This document shows positions 1-11,626 of a stretch of DNA of 64,000 nt, piece by piece. The translations under genes were made by a program, and so were the position numbers. The number at the start of each line of letters is the position of its first letter. Position 1 is the stretch's first letter. Under the pieces are notes generated by a model. That model saw only the letters and a program-made list of their open reading frames with translations, made no database searches and was not told where the DNA came from. The stretch comes from Actinomycetota bacterium. GTDB taxonomy: Bacteria; Actinomycetota; Actinomycetes; S36-B12; UBA5976. The stretch is from assembly GCA_026392515.1 (NCBI GenBank), contig JAPLBY010000029.1, positions 13,493-77,492 of the forward strand. The letters are read 5' to 3'.

Positions 1-144
1 TTCACTGGCTTACTGGCATTTGGTGCAGTAAGTACTGCCTTCGTCCCGGTTTGGGTTACCGGATTAGGGGCAGGCTTAGGTGTGGTCGCACTTGCCAGCT
101 GGGTGCTAAATCCACCTCGCACTAGAACTAGAGCTAGAACCTAA
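1..144 (+). CDS. 3' end of a polytopic membrane protein (partial). Possibly the WecA/MraY-family transferase that usually precedes actinobacterial atp operons
   Basis: Frame 1 is open from the window edge to TAA at 142-144. The tail FTGLLAFGAVSTAFVPVWVTGLGAGLGVVALASWVLNPPRTRTRART is TM-like with a basic end. Family assignment is from synteny only. Confidence 0.3.
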   Translation, partial: FTGLLAFGAVSTAFVPVWVTGLGAGLGVVALASWVLNPPRTRTRART

Positions 145-201
145 ATTGAATGTTAAGTACCGCCCGCCCCTAACCGAGAGCCAAATGAGAGACTGATTTT
201 T

Positions 202-639
202 ATGACAAGCCAACGCCTAATTCTTCGAGCAGCCATTCCAACTTTTATAGTTGGCGCATTGGCGACTATCACCGGGTTTATTTCCAGTGGTACTAAGGGC
301 TTAATTGCTGGAGTGTTCGGCACCTTACTTGTCGTGATTTTCTTCACAGCCGGACAACTGGCACTGGATAAGGTCATCCGCACCAACCCAGGAATCGCTA
401 CTTCGATGGCGCTGCTGCTTTATTTGATCAAAGTTGCAGTCCTATTTGTTTTGTTGCTCCTGTTTAAGGACACTGAGGCCTTCGATACCAAGGTATTCGC
501 GGCAACCATTGTTTCGTGCACGATCGTTTGGCTCGTTGCAGAAACCTGGGCATTTGCTACGGCAAAAGTGCTTTATGTAGAGCCTGGATCCGGTCCTGAT
601 ATCCGACCAGTTGATACGTCGCAACCAAAAGATTTGTGA
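202..639 (+). CDS. Small multi-pass membrane protein, ATP synthase protein I (AtpI/Rv1303)-like by position
   Basis: 145-aa ORF with about 4 hydrophobic segments, directly upstream of the atp operon. Confidence 0.45.
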   Translation: MTSQRLILRAAIPTFIVGALATITGFISSGTKGLIAGVFGTLLVVIFFTAGQLALDKVIRTNPGIATSMALLLYLIKVAVLFVLLLLFKDTEAFDTKVFAATIVSCTIVWLVAETWAFATAKVLYVEPGSGPDIRPVDTSQPKDL

Positions 640-662
640 CCTTGTGAAATTAATCGCAAAGT

Positions 663-685
663 CAGGGGTCAGTTCGGCACCCCTG
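663..685 (+). other. GC-rich hairpin CAGGGGT-N9-ACCCCTG between the two small membrane-protein genes
   Basis: Perfect 7-bp inverted repeat read from the sequence. No U-tract follows, so its role is unclear. Confidence 0.3.
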
Positions 686-711
686 GAAATACCTGATAAT
701 CTGGCGGAGCA

Positions 712-981
712 ATGAAGGAAGACGGAGCTGAATTCCCCAACAGCAACGACAACCGCGAAACATCAGACATGGCCTGGCGTTCAGTTAGTAACTTAACTGC
801 CGGGTTATTGCTGTATGGCGGACTTGGTTGGTTTCTCGGACAAAAGTTCGGACACCAAAATGCTTTCGTCGCCGCTGGATCGATTCTTGGAATTGGCTTA
901 GCGCTTTACCTCACCTACGCACGCGTTTCGGCAATGGATCGAAACACCACTACGAGTGACCGGAGGAAAGACCAGCAATGA
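712..981 (+). CDS. AtpZ/AtpI-family small membrane protein
   Basis: 89 aa with two TM helices (LTAGLLLYGGLGWFLG, AAGSILGIGLALYLTY). GGAG lies 4 nt upstream of the ATG. The stop overlaps the atpB start (ATGA). Confidence 0.6.
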   Translation: MKEDGAEFPNSNDNRETSDMAWRSVSNLTAGLLLYGGLGWFLGQKFGHQNAFVAAGSILGIGLALYLTYARVSAMDRNTTTSDRRKDQQ

Positions 982-1811
982 GTGTAGTTAAGTTCAGCGG
1001 TGACACTTCGTGTCCCGTAACACCACACCTGAATTCAGGTTGCGGTTTTCCTGCACCAAACGCTGAAATCTTTTTCCTTGAGCCATACACAACATTGAAC
1101 ATCTTTGGCATGGACTTTGTAATTGGCAAAACTTCAATTCTTGCTGCCTTAGTTTCCTTGATTGTTGCAACGTTTTTCTTAGCTGCTGCCCGCCCGCGCA
1201 AAATGGTGCCAGGCAAGCTGCAGTCTCTAGGGGAACAGGCTTACTTGTTTGTCCGCGATCAAATCGCTCGTGAAGTAATTGGCAAGGACGGCGATCGTTT
1301 CGTACCGTTCCTAGGTTCGCTTTTCTTCTTCGTTTGGATTTCAAACTTGATGGGTGTTATCCCAGGTGCGCAATTCCCGATCATGTCCAGCTTGGCTTTT
1401 CCGGTTTCGCTGACTCTGATGGTTTACGCGACTTACATGTACATCGGCATGAAGCATCAAGGACCAATCAAATTCTTTACCAGCGCAATGTTCCCACCAG
1501 GTGTGCCAAAGGCAATGTATGTCTTACTAGCACCTCTTGAATTGCTGCAACTCGTTGTCACTCGCCCTGTTACTCAGGCGATTCGTTTGTTTGCAAACAT
1601 GTTTGCGGGTCACTTACTTCTAACAACATTCACATTGGCTGCTTACTACTTGCTTTCCCCATCCATCATCGGCGTCCTAGGCTCAGTTACTTCTTTCGGA
1701 GTTACCGTAGTTCTAACCGGATTTGAAATGTTTATTCAAGGACTACAGGCATTCATCTTTACGCTTTTGACAGCCGTTTACATTGGTGGATCGTTACACG
1801 CAGAACACTAA
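978..1811 (+). CDS. atpB: F0F1 ATP synthase subunit a
   Basis: 277-aa polytopic protein with the conserved RLFANMFAGH motif, first in atp gene order. Confidence 0.95.
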   Translation: MSVVKFSGDTSCPVTPHLNSGCGFPAPNAEIFFLEPYTTLNIFGMDFVIGKTSILAALVSLIVATFFLAAARPRKMVPGKLQSLGEQAYLFVRDQIAREVIGKDGDRFVPFLGSLFFFVWISNLMGVIPGAQFPIMSSLAFPVSLTLMVYATYMYIGMKHQGPIKFFTSAMFPPGVPKAMYVLLAPLELLQLVVTRPVTQAIRLFANMFAGHLLLTTFTLAAYYLLSPSIIGVLGSVTSFGVTVVLTGFEMFIQGLQAFIFTLLTAVYIGGSLHAEH

Positions 1812-1862
1812 GATTTTTCAATTGAGCAATCGATTGAAACTTGCAAGACAGAAAGTAAACCT

Positions 1863-1887
1863 GAGTTACTGGACAAGCCAGTAACTC
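1863..1887 (+). promoter_or_regulatory. Intercistronic stem-loop GAGTTACTGG-acaag-CCAGTAACTC between atpB and atpE
   Basis: Perfect 10-bp stem and 5-nt loop with no U-tract, 20 nt upstream of the atpE ATG (AAGGAA RBS at 1895-1900). A second AU-rich hairpin, TTTCAAT/ATTGAAA, lies at 1816-1839. Confidence 0.5.
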
Positions 1888-1903
1888 TCGACAGAAGGAA
1901 TAA

Positions 1904-2134
<231 letters not shown>

Positions 2135-2157
2135 TTCAGATCGAGGTTTGACCTACC

Positions 2158-2691
2158 GTGTTTAACATCATCGCTGCTGAATCTGAAGTCAACATTCTGC
2201 GCTTGCCGCTAGATGAATTGATTATCGGAACACTTGCGTTTGGCATAGTTTTCTTCGCACTTGCAAAGTTTGCATTTCCTGCAATCAGCAAGACGTTGGA
2301 AACGCGCGCCGACGCAATTGAGGGCGGACTTGCTCGCGCCGAGAATTCTCAAGCAGAGGCAGCTGCCATGCTCGAGCAATATCGTGCTCAGTTAGCAGAC
2401 GCACGTGGTGAAGCTGCAAGCATCAGAGTTGAAGCCCAAGCCGAGAAAACCGTCATGATTGAAAGCGCACGTGGTGAAGCAGCCGCGGCTGCCGCATCAG
2501 TTACTGAGCGCGCTCAGGCTCAAATTGAGGCCGAGCGAAGTCAGGCTATGGCGTCGCTACGTCGCGATGTAAGTGAATTGGCATTAACGCTTGCCGGCAA
2601 AGTTGTAGGGGAATCCCTAACTGACGATGCTCGCGCCCGCGCTTCTGTTGATCGCTTTATTGCAGACCTTGAAGTTGAGGCAGCCAAGTAA
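2158..2691 (+). CDS. atpF: F0F1 ATP synthase subunit b
   Basis: GTG start. N-terminal TM helix followed by a long Ala/Glu/Arg-rich helix. Position in the operon. Confidence 0.9.
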   Translation: MFNIIAAESEVNILRLPLDELIIGTLAFGIVFFALAKFAFPAISKTLETRADAIEGGLARAENSQAEAAAMLEQYRAQLADARGEAASIRVEAQAEKTVMIESARGEAAAAAASVTERAQAQIEAERSQAMASLRRDVSELALTLAGKVVGESLTDDARARASVDRFIADLEVEAAK

Positions 2692-3500
2692 TGATTGGTG
2701 CATCCCGCAATAGTTTGGCTTTGGTTCAGGAGACTCTACGTTCCCGTTCCGGTCAGGGCGATCTGTCCGCTCTTTCTGCTGAGTTACTTGCGGCTGCCGA
2801 TGTGTTGGCTGGGGAAAAGTCCCTACGTCAAAACTTGGCCGACAGCGGACAGCCAAGTGCAGTCCGTAGCTCGCTAATCAATGACGTGTTTGGGTCAAAA
2901 GTTAGTGCCCTAACCGTTGAGGTGCTTGGCGAAATTGTTGCTGCGCGCTGGTCTTCAGATACTGACTTGGTAGATGCTGTTGAGTTGCTTGGTTCCCAAG
3001 CTGCTTTTGTGGCTGCTGACAAGGCTGGATCTCTGGATCGCGTGGAAAGCGAACTGTTTCACTTTGGTCGCGCAGTCCAGGCATCGTCAGAACTGCAAAT
3101 GACCCTTACTGATCCATCACTTAGCGCTCAAACCAAGTCAGCAATTGTTGGTGACTTGATTGGAAGCAAGGTTGATTCAATCACTCTGGGTTTGATCAAG
3201 CATGTTGCTGGACACCTTCGCGGTCGACGCGTTGATTCAGTCCTAGAAACACTTGGCAACCTAGCTGCCGAGCAGCGCAATCAAGTAGTTGCTGAAGTTA
3301 GATCCGCAGTCTCGCTAGATGCCAGTCAAACTAGCCGACTATCTGTTGCGCTATCGAAGATCACTGGCAAGAACGTAAGAATCAATGTGGCAATTGATCC
3401 ATCTGTGCTTGGTGGAATTTCAGTAACCATCGGAGAAGACGTAATCGATGGTTCAATCGCCGCTCGACTTGAAAGTGCCCGCAGATCCTTGCTGGCGTAG
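2691..3500 (+). CDS. atpH: F0F1 ATP synthase subunit delta (OSCP), long actinobacterial form
   Basis: Start overlaps the atpF stop. C-terminal GGISVTIGEDVIDGSIAARL motif is typical of delta. Confidence 0.9.
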   Translation: MIGASRNSLALVQETLRSRSGQGDLSALSAELLAAADVLAGEKSLRQNLADSGQPSAVRSSLINDVFGSKVSALTVEVLGEIVAARWSSDTDLVDAVELLGSQAAFVAADKAGSLDRVESELFHFGRAVQASSELQMTLTDPSLSAQTKSAIVGDLIGSKVDSITLGLIKHVAGHLRGRRVDSVLETLGNLAAEQRNQVVAEVRSAVSLDASQTSRLSVALSKITGKNVRINVAIDPSVLGGISVTIGEDVIDGSIAARLESARRSLLA

Positions 3501-3567
3501 CCCGAAAAGACCAAAGTAAAACCCACGAATTAACAAGTAAGAACTAACAAGAAGAAAGCAGGACACC

Positions 3568-5199
3568 ATGACGGAACTCTCGATCCGACCGGATGAGATC
3601 CGCGACGCTATTGCTCGCAATGTTGAGTCGTTTACGGCTGGAACTTCGCGCGAAGAAGTCGGACAGGTAACCCAGACCGGTGACGGTATTGCTCGCGTTG
3701 AAGGCTTGCATTCCGCAATGACTAACGAATTGCTTGAGTTCGAGGGTGGCCTTAAGGGCCTTGCTCTGAACCTTGACGTTCGCGAGATCGGTGCTGTTCT
3801 TCTTGGAGATGGCTCAAAGATCGCTGAAGGTCAAAGCGTAAAGCGCACTGGCGAAATTCTTTCGGTTCCAGTTGGCGATGGCTTCCTAGGTCGCGTAGTT
3901 GATCCACTTGGTAACCCAATAGATGGCCTTGGTCCAATTGCAGCCGACGGTCGTCGCGCACTTGAAACTCAGGCACCAACTGTGGTTCAGCGTCAGCCAG
4001 TTAAGGAGCCGATGTTAACCGGCCTTAAGGCAATCGATGCGATGACAGCTATCGGTCGTGGCCAGCGTCAGTTGATCATCGGTGACCGCCAGACTGGAAA
4101 GACTGCAGTTGCAATCGACACAATTTTGAACCAGCGTGAAAACTGGAAGTCAGGCGACAAGAAAAAGCAGGTTAAGTGCATCTACGTTGCTATCGGCCAG
4201 AAGGGTTCAACGATTGCTGCCGTTAAGGGCGCACTCGAAGAATTCGGCGCAATGGAATACACAACAATCGTTGCTGCTCCAGCTTCTGACCCTGCAGGTT
4301 TCAAGTACCTAGCTCCTTACACCGGTTCTGCAATTGGTCAGTACTGGATGTACAAGGGCGAGCATGTATTGATCATCTTTGATGACCTTTCAAAGCAGGC
4401 AGAGGCTTACCGCGCAGTTTCCTTGCTACTTCGTCGTCCGCCAGGCCGCGAGGCTTACCCAGGTGACGTTTTCTACTTACACTCACGTTTGCTAGAGCGT
4501 TGTGCAAAGCTTTCTGACGAATTGGGCGCTGGTTCCATGACCGGTCTACCAATCATCGAAACTAAGGCAAACGACGTTTCGGCATACATTCCAACCAACG
4601 TAATTTCCATCACCGATGGTCAGTGCTTCTTGGAATCAGATCTCTTCAACTCCGGTATTCGCCCAGCTATCAACGTAGGTATTTCGGTATCCCGCGTGGG
4701 TGGTTCAGCGCAGCCTAAGTCAATGAAGAAGGTTGCTGGTCGTCTACGTCTTGATCTAGCTCAGTACCGTGAACTAGAAGCATTCGCTGCTTTCGGTTCC
4801 GATCTTGATGCTGCATCAAAGGCACAGCTTGAGCGTGGTTCCCGTCTTGTAGAACTTCTAAAGCAGGGTCAGTACCAGCCACAGTCAATGGAACGCGAAG
4901 CAGTTTCAGTTTGGTCCGGAACTTCTGGAAATCTTGACGATGTTCCAGTTGAAGACATCCGTCGATTTGATGCGGAATTCCTCGATCACGTTGAGCGCAA
5001 TCACAACGCAATCTTTGAATCAATTCGCACATCAACCGACCTTTCCGATGACAACATCAGTTCATTGGAAAAGGCAATTGGTGATTTCAAGAAGCAGTTC
5101 CGCACATCAGCTGGTAATTCACTAATTAACGAAGCACCAGTTGCAGCAATCGAAGAAGCTGACATTGATGTCACTCAGATTGTGAAGGTCAAGGCTTAA
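3568..5199 (+). CDS. atpA: F0F1 ATP synthase subunit alpha
   Basis: Walker A GDRQTGKT and overall alpha-subunit sequence. About 30 extra C-terminal residues. Confidence 0.97.
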   Translation: MTELSIRPDEIRDAIARNVESFTAGTSREEVGQVTQTGDGIARVEGLHSAMTNELLEFEGGLKGLALNLDVREIGAVLLGDGSKIAEGQSVKRTGEILSVPVGDGFLGRVVDPLGNPIDGLGPIAADGRRALETQAPTVVQRQPVKEPMLTGLKAIDAMTAIGRGQRQLIIGDRQTGKTAVAIDTILNQRENWKSGDKKKQVKCIYVAIGQKGSTIAAVKGALEEFGAMEYTTIVAAPASDPAGFKYLAPYTGSAIGQYWMYKGEHVLIIFDDLSKQAEAYRAVSLLLRRPPGREAYPGDVFYLHSRLLERCAKLSDELGAGSMTGLPIIETKANDVSAYIPTNVISITDGQCFLESDLFNSGIRPAINVGISVSRVGGSAQPKSMKKVAGRLRLDLAQYRELEAFAAFGSDLDAASKAQLERGSRLVELLKQGQYQPQSMEREAVSVWSGTSGNLDDVPVEDIRRFDAEFLDHVERNHNAIFESIRTSTDLSDDNISSLEKAIGDFKKQFRTSAGNSLINEAPVAAIEEADIDVTQIVKVKA

Positions 5200-5201
5200 G
5201 C

Positions 5202-6110
5202 ATGGGAGCTCAACTCAGGGTCTACAGACGGCGGATTAAATCCGTCCAGTCGACCAAGAAGATTACGAAGGCTATGGAGCTAATTGCTTCGTCGCGTTTC
5301 GTCAAGGCGCAACAGCGCGTTGAAGCTTCTTTGCCGTACACCCAAGAGCTACTTCGGGCGATTTCGGCCGCGGTATCTCATGGAAACAGCAAAGGCGCTT
5401 TGGTCTCTGAGGTTGAAAATCGAAAGCGCGCTGCAGTAATTCTGATTACTTCAGATCGCGGTCTTGCTGGAGCTTATTCCTCTGCCATCATCAAAGAAGG
5501 CGAAGGACTTAACGCGCTACTTAAAGAAGAAGGCGTTACTCCTGAGCACTACTTAGTTGGACGTAAGTCAGTTGGTTACTACAAGTTCCGCGAGCGCAAG
5601 ATTGCAAACTCCTGGACTGGTTTTACAGACCAACCAACTTATGAAGATGCTAAGCGCATTGCTGCTGCTGTGTTTGAAGCCTTCAACACTCCAACTGCCG
5701 AAGGCGGCGTAGACGAAATTCATTTGGTTTACACGCACTTCGTAAACATGGCAGTGCAAGAAGTTCGAGTTCGTCGGATCCTTCCAGTAGAAATTCTTGA
5801 AGTTTCTAAAGCTGAAGCTTCCGAAAAACTTGATACCAAAGTTTTCCCACTTTATGACTTTGAGCCAAGCCCAGAAGCTGTGCTCAAAGCTTTATTGCCT
5901 CGATACGTCGAGAACATGATTTACACCGCACTGTTGTTAGCTGCAGCCAGTGAACACGCCGCTCGTCGTCGTGCCATGAAGTCTGCATCTGACAATGCTG
6001 AAGAACTAATCCGCACACTTGCTCGTCAGGCCAACCAGGCCCGTCAGGCAGAAATCACCCAGGAAATCAGTGAAATCGTCGGCGGCGCCGACGCACTGGC
6101 TTCCGCATAA
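5202..6110 (+). CDS. atpG: F0F1 ATP synthase subunit gamma
   Basis: N-terminal [21 protein letters not shown] and C-terminal [12 protein letters not shown] motifs. Confidence 0.95.
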   Translation: MGAQLRVYRRRIKSVQSTKKITKAMELIASSRFVKAQQRVEASLPYTQELLRAISAAVSHGNSKGALVSEVENRKRAAVILITSDRGLAGAYSSAIIKEGEGLNALLKEEGVTPEHYLVGRKSVGYYKFRERKIANSWTGFTDQPTYEDAKRIAAAVFEAFNTPTAEGGVDEIHLVYTHFVNMAVQEVRVRRILPVEILEVSKAEASEKLDTKVFPLYDFEPSPEAVLKALLPRYVENMIYTALLLAAASEHAARRRAMKSASDNAEELIRTLARQANQARQAEITQEISEIVGGADALASA

Positions 6111-6121
6111 CCAGGGAGTAA

Positions 6122-7555
<1,434 letters not shown>

Positions 7556-7557
7556 TC

Positions 7558-7965
7558 GTGTCTGAACTTAACGTTTCCGTCGTAGCCGTCGACCGCAAAA
7601 TTTGGGTTGGCTCAGCTAAGTCGATCGTTGCCAAGACTCCAGAAGGCGAGATCGGCATTCTGCCAGGTCACGAACCAGTGCTGTCTTTGTTAGTGAACGG
7701 CGTTGTTCGGATTGAACCTACTGAAGGTTCGAAAGTAGCAATTGCAGTTCATGGTGGCTTCGTGGCAATGGATACTGACAATGTTCGAATCTTGGCTGAG
7801 ACTGCTGAACTATCAAGCGACATCGACGTTGATCGTGCTCAGAAAGCCTTGGATCGTGCACGTGCAGCTGGTGAAGATTCACCGGAAGCACTTGCTGCAG
7901 CGCATCGCGCCGAAACTCGTTTGAAGGCAGCTGCTGCGGTTACCGCATCAGGAATGCATAGCTAG
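7558..7965 (+). CDS. atpC: F0F1 ATP synthase subunit epsilon
   Basis: GTG start 2 nt after atpD. Beta-sandwich plus helical tail typical of epsilon. Last gene of the operon. Confidence 0.9.
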   Translation: MSELNVSVVAVDRKIWVGSAKSIVAKTPEGEIGILPGHEPVLSLLVNGVVRIEPTEGSKVAIAVHGGFVAMDTDNVRILAETAELSSDIDVDRAQKALDRARAAGEDSPEALAAAHRAETRLKAAAAVTASGMHS

Positions 7966-7976
7966 TTCTATAACTT

Positions 7977-8009
7977 AAAAAGAGCCGAGATTTTTCTCGG
8001 CTCTTTTTA
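7977..8009. terminator. Bidirectional rho-independent terminator shared by atpC (+) and the S8 protease (-)
   Basis: AAAA-AGAGCCGAGA-TTTT-TCTCGGCTCT-TTTTT: perfect 10-bp stem flanked by A and T runs. Confidence 0.9.
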
Positions 8010-9677
8010 TTTCACCTTGTAAGACTTTGAAGTTACTTTTTCACTTGGCGCAATGACTTGAACGCGGTAGGTACCAGAGCGCGACAACTTAACCTCTACT
8101 GATGGCGTAGTTGTGATCTTGAAAACTGTTTTCCATTTCTTGCCAACTTTGCGCTGCACCCAAGTCTTTGATCCCGTTGGTGCAGTCACAACTACGGTTA
8201 ATTTGCGCTTCTTTGCGACCTTGACACTGAGGGTTTCTTTGATTGTTGGAACCACTACGACTGGTGCAGTCTCAATTATCGGCGCTGGTTCAGGTGTTGG
8301 CTGGGGAGTAGGAGCAATGATTGCACCTGGTGTGATGACTTCAGGGGTTCCGGTAACCAGCACATCAACTGGTTGCGGTGTCGATGTTGGAGTTGCACAT
8401 ACTGGGGTGGTGCATTCCAGTGAAGTAAATGGATTGATAACGCCTAGTCCGTATCGACTTACCGAATAATCGGAATTTGATTTAACTGCAACAGATTCAA
8501 TTGCTGTTCGAATTGTTGCTGGTGAAGTACTGCCAGCGGCTGCGGTATTACGTTGAATTATCAGAGCTGCAAGAGCTGCAACATGTGGAGATGCCATAGA
8601 AGTTCCAGAAAGTCGTGCGTAACCAGTTCCAGTTGGCCAGCTTGAAAGGATTGCTGAGCCCGGAGCTGCAACATCTATATAGTTTCCAGAATTCGAATAG
8701 CTTGCAATGAGATTTGATTCCGTGGTGGCAGCAACTGCGATAGCGCCGGGATATGCGGCTGGGTAACTTGCTGCTGCTCCTGATCCACCATTTCCAGCTG
8801 CTGCAACGACGGTAACGCCGCTTGACACTGCTTGCTCAACGGATATTCGAATCAGGGAATAATCCAAAGTTCCGCCAAGGGAAAGGTTGATTACCTTTGC
8901 GCCATTTGCAACTGCGTAATCAATTGCAGCTGCAATGTCAGAAAGCCAGCCAGAGCCATCTGCACCAAGTACTCTGAGCGGCAAAATTGTCGCGCCAGGA
9001 GCTACACCAGTAATTCCAACTCCATCGTTCTTAGCTGCAATGATTCCGGCAACGTGAGTGCCATGTCCATTTTCATCAACCACACCAGTACCACGGCAGA
9101 CATTGGTCGGACTGGTAACCCAATCACAACCGTCTAGAACTTGACCACCATTCAGCTCTGGATTCTCTCGATCTACTCCAGAGTCGATAACGGCGACTTT
9201 AACGTTAGTTCCTGTAAAGGACGTATGGATTTCGGCTAGACGCATTGCTGTGTAGTTCCATTGCGTATAGGAAGTTGTGGGCGCTGGAATGGCGGCGGCA
9301 CCAATTGTAGGTTCGTCAATCAGCGAAATTTTCTCATCAACTAAAACTGCAATGAAATCGGGATCACTAGAGGTTGCTCTTAGCGTGTAATCAAGTGCTG
9401 CTTTGGACTTTAGATTCAGCACTGAGGTTTCTGGCTGGTTGTTTTCTTCGGTAACAACAATGAGGCGTAAAGCACCATCTGCAATCTCACTTGCTAATTC
9501 TTGATAGCTAGTGGCCTCAGCGCGAACACTTTCTTGCCAGTCTGATTCCGGTGCCGAAACATCAATGGCGTTAGCAGGGGAACTGGCCAGTGGGCTTAGC
9601 AAGAGTGCCATTGCCAACGAATAGGACATTAGGGTTCGCCGAGGACGCACTTGGCCATCCTTTATTTCAGCTCTCAT
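8007..9677 (-). CDS. Secreted subtilisin-like (S8) serine protease with a Pro/Thr-rich linker and a Lys-rich C-terminal domain
   Basis: Catalytic triad motifs VIDSGVD, HGTHVAG and GTSMASPHVA. Start chosen at ATG 9677 (GGGAG 8 nt upstream), giving the signal peptide MRAEIKDGQVRPRRTLMSYSLAMALLLSPLASSPANA. The ORF-track start at 9764 is judged an upstream extension. Confidence 0.85.
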   Translation of the reverse strand: MRAEIKDGQVRPRRTLMSYSLAMALLLSPLASSPANAIDVSAPESDWQESVRAEATSYQELASEIADGALRLIVVTEENNQPETSVLNLKSKAALDYTLRATSSDPDFIAVLVDEKISLIDEPTIGAAAIPAPTTSYTQWNYTAMRLAEIHTSFTGTNVKVAVIDSGVDRENPELNGGQVLDGCDWVTSPTNVCRGTGVVDENGHGTHVAGIIAAKNDGVGITGVAPGATILPLRVLGADGSGWLSDIAAAIDYAVANGAKVINLSLGGTLDYSLIRISVEQAVSSGVTVVAAAGNGGSGAAASYPAAYPGAIAVAATTESNLIASYSNSGNYIDVAAPGSAILSSWPTGTGYARLSGTSMASPHVAALAALIIQRNTAAAGSTSPATIRTAIESVAVKSNSDYSVSRYGLGVINPFTSLECTTPVCATPTSTPQPVDVLVTGTPEVITPGAIIAPTPQPTPEPAPIIETAPVVVVPTIKETLSVKVAKKRKLTVVVTAPTGSKTWVQRKVGKKWKTVFKITTTPSVEVKLSRSGTYRVQVIAPSEKVTSKSYKVK

Positions 9678-9812
9678 TGAGTTGCTCCCTAATTCTTTAA
9701 GTTTAACTAATGTCCGATTGCCAAGAATCCTGAAAATGTCCCGTAATAGCCAAGGTTCATCCAAGTTTTACCGGGTTGTTGCACGCGAAAACCCAACCTC
9801 TAGGCTCAGGGT

Positions 9813-10652
9813 ATGGCACCTCGAATCGCAGTAGTTGGCAGTATCAATGCCGATCTAGTGGTCCAGATGCCAAAGCTTCCAGGCCGCGGAGAAACTGTTA
9901 GCAGTGCCGAGCCAGCATGGTTCCCTGGTGGCAAAGGTGCCAACCAAGCAGTTGCCGCTGCGCGAATGGGTGGAAACGTCTCTATGTTTGGCGCAATCGG
10001 CGCTGATGAACCAGGGCAGATGTGTTTATCCGCCTTGAAGCAAAGTGGAGTCAATGTTGATGCGGTGGTGACGGTGTCATCTCCAACTAGCACCGCACTT
10101 GTCATGGTTGAGCATTCAGGTGAAAACCAAATCGTGGTTGCAGATGGTGCTAACCAATACGCAGCATTTGATGCCGCGCAAATTTCAGCCGCAGACGCAG
10201 TCATAGTTCAATTTGAAATCCCCGAGTCAGTGATAGTTGAAGTTGGAAAAGCTGCCAAAGGTATTTTCTGCGTTAATGCCGCTCCAGTTCGCGAGTTATC
10301 TGATGAGCTGGCCAGCTTGATTGATGTCTTGATCGTTAACGAACATGAGTTTGCGCAACTTGGCGAACCAAAATCAGGCCTAGTGATTGTTACTGCTGGC
10401 GCAAAAGAAGTGGTTGCTTACCAAAATGGGGAAGTTGTCGCTAGGTCACAGCCACCAAAAGTAGAAGCTTTGGACACAGTGGGCGCAGGTGACACATTCG
10501 TTGGTGCATTCGTAGTCGCATATGCATCTGGAAAAACAATTCCTGATTCATTAGATCTAGCGTGTGCTGCTTCTGCACTTTCAACGCTAAAACTTGGTGC
10601 TCAATCTGGAATGCCAACAGCAAGTGAAGTAAATGAATTTTTCAATAAGTAG
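9813..10652 (+). CDS. rbsK: Ribokinase (PfkB family)
   Basis: VVGSINADLV, GGKGANQAVAAARMG and DTVGAGDTFVGAF motifs. Confidence 0.85.
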   Translation: MAPRIAVVGSINADLVVQMPKLPGRGETVSSAEPAWFPGGKGANQAVAAARMGGNVSMFGAIGADEPGQMCLSALKQSGVNVDAVVTVSSPTSTALVMVEHSGENQIVVADGANQYAAFDAAQISAADAVIVQFEIPESVIVEVGKAAKGIFCVNAAPVRELSDELASLIDVLIVNEHEFAQLGEPKSGLVIVTAGAKEVVAYQNGEVVARSQPPKVEALDTVGAGDTFVGAFVVAYASGKTIPDSLDLACAASALSTLKLGAQSGMPTASEVNEFFNK

Positions 10653-10675
10653 AGACATCTAAGTAAAGAGGAAAC

Positions 10676-11626
10676 ATGACCCGCGCACTTTTAATTGACA
10701 CTGACCCTGGAATTGATGACGCAGTTGCAATCGCGCTTGCCTTGGCATCACCAGAAGTAGATGTCATCGGCATCTCTACCGTTGGCGGCAACTCTGGCCT
10801 TGAGGCCACGACGCGTAATGCTTTGCGCCTACTTGAATTCATGGGTCGGACTGACATTCCGGTGGCATCAGGTCATGACGAACCATATGCTCGAGCCAAA
10901 ATGGAAACTGGATATGAACCAGTACATGGTCACGATGGATTAGCGGGAGTCGACCTTCCAGAGCCAACTACAAAAGTTGTTTCCACGGATGCCCCAGCAT
11001 TCCTGGCAGAGAAGATTCGCAACTCTCCAGATCCAGTTACCTTGATTGCAATTGGACCACTTACAAACATTGCGCACTTAGCTGACAGATTTCCAGATGT
11101 TATTCCAATGATTGATCGGTTTGTGATTATGGGTGGCGCAGCTCGAACCGGAAACGTAACACCAGTTGCAGAATTCAACATCTGGCATGATCCAGAAGCC
11201 GCAAAGCGAGTTTTTGCCAGTGGCATCAACACCGTAATGGTCGGTTTGGATGTAACTCACTCGGTCAAGACTTATGAAACTTTGTGGGGCTGGCTAAAAG
11301 ATGGCAGCAAGTTCGGAAAGGTGTTTGATCATATTCTGACTTCTTACACAAATTTCTATGAAATCTTTTATGGCGAACGGATGACTCATCAACACGACGC
11401 GTTAGCTATGGCTGAAGCGATTTGGCCTAACATCATGGAACTTGAGCCAGCGTTTATTGACGTGGAATGCCAGGGTGAACTGACACTGGGCATGACTGTT
11501 ACGGATACTCGACTTCGCAATGGTGTTGAGCCAAATGGATATGTTGCTTGGTCCATCGATGGCGATGACTTTCATCAGAAACTAATGTCAGCTTTTGCAA
11601 AAATGAGCGCCAGCGTCGGTAATTAG
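10676..11626 (+). CDS. Inosine/uridine-preferring nucleoside hydrolase family protein
   Basis: N-terminal DTDPGIDDAVAI (DXDXXXDD) fingerprint, and WHDPEAA. Confidence 0.85.
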   Translation: MTRALLIDTDPGIDDAVAIALALASPEVDVIGISTVGGNSGLEATTRNALRLLEFMGRTDIPVASGHDEPYARAKMETGYEPVHGHDGLAGVDLPEPTTKVVSTDAPAFLAEKIRNSPDPVTLIAIGPLTNIAHLADRFPDVIPMIDRFVIMGGAARTGNVTPVAEFNIWHDPEAAKRVFASGINTVMVGLDVTHSVKTYETLWGWLKDGSKFGKVFDHILTSYTNFYEIFYGERMTHQHDALAMAEAIWPNIMELEPAFIDVECQGELTLGMTVTDTRLRNGVEPNGYVAWSIDGDDFHQKLMSAFAKMSASVGN

